IMG/VR virus record: IMGVR_UViG_2711768004_000002 | From: a virus | Taxonomy: Duplodnaviria; Heunggongvirae; Uroviricota; Caudoviricetes | DNA length: 25,337 bases | Direction: 5' to 3' (one strand) | Shown here: positions 19,755 through 25,337 of the stretch, piece after piece | How the letters are laid out: the number at the start of each line of letters is the position of its first letter | Numbering within the stretch: position 1 is the first letter of the stretch | Program-made: the position numbers and the translations under genes | Notes under the pieces: generated by a model | The model's input: the letters and a program-made list of their open reading frames with translations, nothing else | What the model was told of the DNA's origin: nothing | Databases searched by the model: none

Positions 19755-19774
<20 letters not shown>
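18455..19774 (-). CDS. C: capsid assembly protease / scaffold protein C
   Basis: 484-aa ORF 18455-19909 contains the lambda C sequence beginning (V/M)TAELRNLPHIASMAFNEPLMLEPAYARVFF. The start is assigned to the GTG giving a 439-aa product as in lambda, overlapping the B 3' end. Start coordinate is plus or minus 1 nt because of the counting discrepancy noted in the summary. Confidence 0.85.
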
Positions 19775-23455
<3,681 letters not shown>

Positions 23456-23481
<26 letters not shown>

Positions 23482-24001
23482 TCAGCAACCCCGGTATCAG
23501 TTCATCCAGCGCGGCTGCTTTGTTCATGGCTTTGATGATATCCCGTTTCAGGAAATCAACATGTCGGTTTTCCAGTTCCGGAAAACGCCGCTGCACCGAC
23601 AGGGGGATCCCGTCGAGAATACTGGCAATTTCACCTGCGATCCGCGACAGCACGAAAGTACAGAATGCGGTTTCCACCACTTCAGCGGAGTCTCTGGCAT
23701 TTTTCAGCTCCTGTGCGTCGGCCTGCGCACGCGTAAGTCGATGGCGTTCGTACTCAATAGTCCCTGGCTGGAGATCTGTCTCGCTGGCCTGCCGCAGTTC
23801 TTCAACTTCCCGGCGCAGCTTTTCGTTCTCAATTTCAGCATCCCTTTCGGCATACCATCTTATAACGGCGGCAGAGTCATAAAGCACCTCATTACCCTTG
23901 CCACCGCCTCGCAGAACGGGCATTCCCTGTTCCTGCCAGTTCTGAATGGTACGGATACTCGCACCGAAAATGTCAGCCAGCTGCTTTTTGTTGACTTCCA
24001 T
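23456..24001 (-). CDS. Nu1: terminase small subunit Nu1
   Basis: 181-aa ORF (MEVNKKQLADIFGASIRTIQNWQEQGMPVLRGGGKGNEVLYDSAAV...) matching lambda Nu1. Its 3' end overlaps the start of A. Confidence 0.95.
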
Positions 24002-24019
24002 TGTTCATTCCACGGACAA

Positions 24020-24200
24020 AAACAGAGAAAGGAAACGACAGAGGCCAAAAAGCCCGTTTTCAGCACCTGTCGTTTCCTTTCTTTTCAGGGGGTGTTTTAA
24101 ATAAAAACATTAGGTTACGGCGAAGAAGAACGGAAACGCCTTAAACCGGAAAATTGTCATAAATAGCGAAAACCCGCGCGCCTTCCGCCCCGTAACCTGT
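24020..24200 (-). other. cos region (cosB terminase-binding region plus cosN-equivalent sequence)
   Basis: 24040-24178 is the reverse complement of the lambda left-end sequence ...CGCGGGTTTTCGCTATTTATGA(A/C)AATTTTCCGGTTTAAGGCGTTTCCGTTCTTCTTCG. 24191-24220 matches the lambda right end (CGTAACCTGTCGGAT..CCGGAAAGGACCC). The 12 nt between them (24179-24190) is where the cohesive end maps. Confidence 0.75.
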
Positions 24201-24226
24201 CGGATCGCCGGAAAGGACCCGCAAAA

Positions 24227-24241
24227 TGATAATAATTATCA
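24227..24241. promoter_or_regulatory. 15-bp perfect palindrome TGATAATAATTATCA (Fur-box-like), candidate operator
   Basis: TGATAAT-A-ATTATCA is perfectly self-complementary. It resembles the Fur consensus GATAATGATAATCATTATC and sits about 150 bp upstream of the 24390 ORF. No binding factor can be assigned from sequence alone. Confidence 0.3.
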
Positions 24242-24389
24242 TCTACATGTCACAACGTGCATCTACGCCATCAAACCACGTCAAATAATCAATTATGACG
24301 CAGGTATCGTATTAATTGATCTGCATCAACTTAACGTAAAAACAACTTCAGACAATACAAATCAGCGACACTGAATACAGGGCAACCTC

Positions 24390-24623
24390 ATGTCAACGAA
24401 GAACAGAACCCGCAGAACAACAACCCGCAACATCCGCTTTCCTAACCAAATGATTGAACAAATTAACATCGCTCTTGTTCAAAAAGGGTCCGGGAATTTC
24501 TCAGCCTGGGTCATTGAAGCCTGCCGCCGGAGACTGTGCTCAGAAAAAAGAGTTTCGCCTGAAGCAAACAAAGAAAAGAGTGACATTACTGAATTGCTCA
24601 GAAAACAGGTTAGACCAGATTGA
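24390..24623 (+). CDS. small conserved lambdoid right-end protein, YlcI/YnfO-like (DUF3950-type), function unknown
   Basis: 77-aa ORF MSTKNRTRRTTTRNIRFPNQMIEQINIALVQKGSGNFSAWVIEACRRRL.... This matches the small ORF next to cos in lambda and the E. coli K-12 cryptic-prophage protein YlcI as I recall them. The C-terminal tail differs. Confidence 0.7.
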   Translation: MSTKNRTRRTTTRNIRFPNQMIEQINIALVQKGSGNFSAWVIEACRRRLCSEKRVSPEANKEKSDITELLRKQVRPD

Positions 24624-24665
24624 AGCAATTTAGATAATCGTGCAGACTACGCCCCCTCATATCAC

Positions 24666-25091
24666 ATGGAAGGTACTACAATGGCTCAGGTTGCCATTTT
24701 TAAACAAATATTCGATAAAGTGCGAAATAATTTAAACTATCACTGGTTTTATTCTGAACTAAAACGTCACAATGTCTCACATTACATTTACTATTTAGCC
24801 ACAGAGAATATTCATCTTGTTCTTGAAAACGATAATACGGTTTTAATAAAAGGACAGGGTAAGGTTGTAAATGTAAGATTTTCAAAAAATAAATGCCTTA
24901 TAGAAGCCACCTTAAAAGGATTCAAATCAGGAGAGTTATCATTTTACGAATACAGGAAAAATCTTGCTACAGCAGGGGTTTTCAGATGGATTACAAATAT
25001 CCACGAAAACAAAAGGTATTACTATACCTTTGATAATTCATTACTCTTTACTGAGAACATACAGAACACTACACAAATATTTCCGCACTAA
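24666..25091 (+). CDS. conserved lambdoid right-end protein, YbcV-like (DUF1398-type), function unknown
   Basis: 141-aa ORF; the likely start is the second ATG (24681, [17 protein letters not shown]...). The C-terminal half ([38 protein letters not shown]) matches the lambda right-end ORF / YbcV family from memory. Confidence 0.7.
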   Translation: MEGTTMAQVAIFKQIFDKVRNNLNYHWFYSELKRHNVSHYIYYLATENIHLVLENDNTVLIKGQGKVVNVRFSKNKCLIEATLKGFKSGELSFYEYRKNLATAGVFRWITNIHENKRYYYTFDNSLLFTENIQNTTQIFPH

Positions 25092-25337
25092 ATCATAACG
25101 TCCGGTTTCTTCCGTGCCAGAACCGGACTCGCTGGCATGATGAAATATGTGTACCCGGTAACCCCGGTGTGCATCGTTTTTGATTATTCCCGCACACTCG
25201 CGCAGAAGGAGTTCCCCGTCGGGCTACGGTCTCTGTTAATACGGGAATACGGCGACGATTGGATTTGCCCCTATATTTCCAGACATCTGTTATCACTTAA
25301 CCCATTACAAGCCCGCTGCCGCAGATATTCCCGTGGC

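Noticed and set aside
25101-25128. Inverted repeat GTCCGGTT...AACCGGAC after the 24666 ORF
   Set aside because: The stem has a 12-nt loop and no following T-run, so it does not meet intrinsic-terminator criteria.
25093-25296. 67-aa minus-strand ORF at the right edge
   Set aside because: It sits in a region I recognise as the conserved non-coding lambda right arm, is Arg-rich, and has no ribosome-binding site. It is probably not a gene.

Overview
This window is the late (morphogenetic) arm of a lambda-like prophage, essentially all encoded on the minus strand, with no evidence of a novel system in it. Read right to left the order is cos, Nu1, A, W, B, C/Nu3, D, E, FI, FII, Z, U, V, G/G-T, H, M, L, K, I, J, lom, stf, tfa. 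Gene calls rest on my recognition of the translated ORFs as close matches to phage lambda proteins, recalled from memory; no database search was run. Right of cos (24390-25091, plus strand) are two small ORFs of unknown function conserved at lambdoid right ends. Left of tfa is an AT-rich segment with no ORF of 60 aa or more (91-839), ending in the terminal 90 bp of an IS1 element that runs off the window. Two runs of N (1110-1413, 8152-8401) interrupt tfa and J, so those two genes cannot be fully verified. The parts that depart from canonical lambda are: a mosaic, longer side tail fiber (stf); a J C-terminal region that differs from what I recall of lambda; a frameshifted lom; a 12-nt cosN-equivalent that differs from lambda at 5 positions; the AT-rich segment with a candidate 33-aa hydrophobic ORF and a plus-strand terminator; and the IS1 end. 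Over one short stretch (about 19750-19910) my hand count of the printed sequence disagreed by 1 nt with the supplied ORF track; I used the track coordinates.
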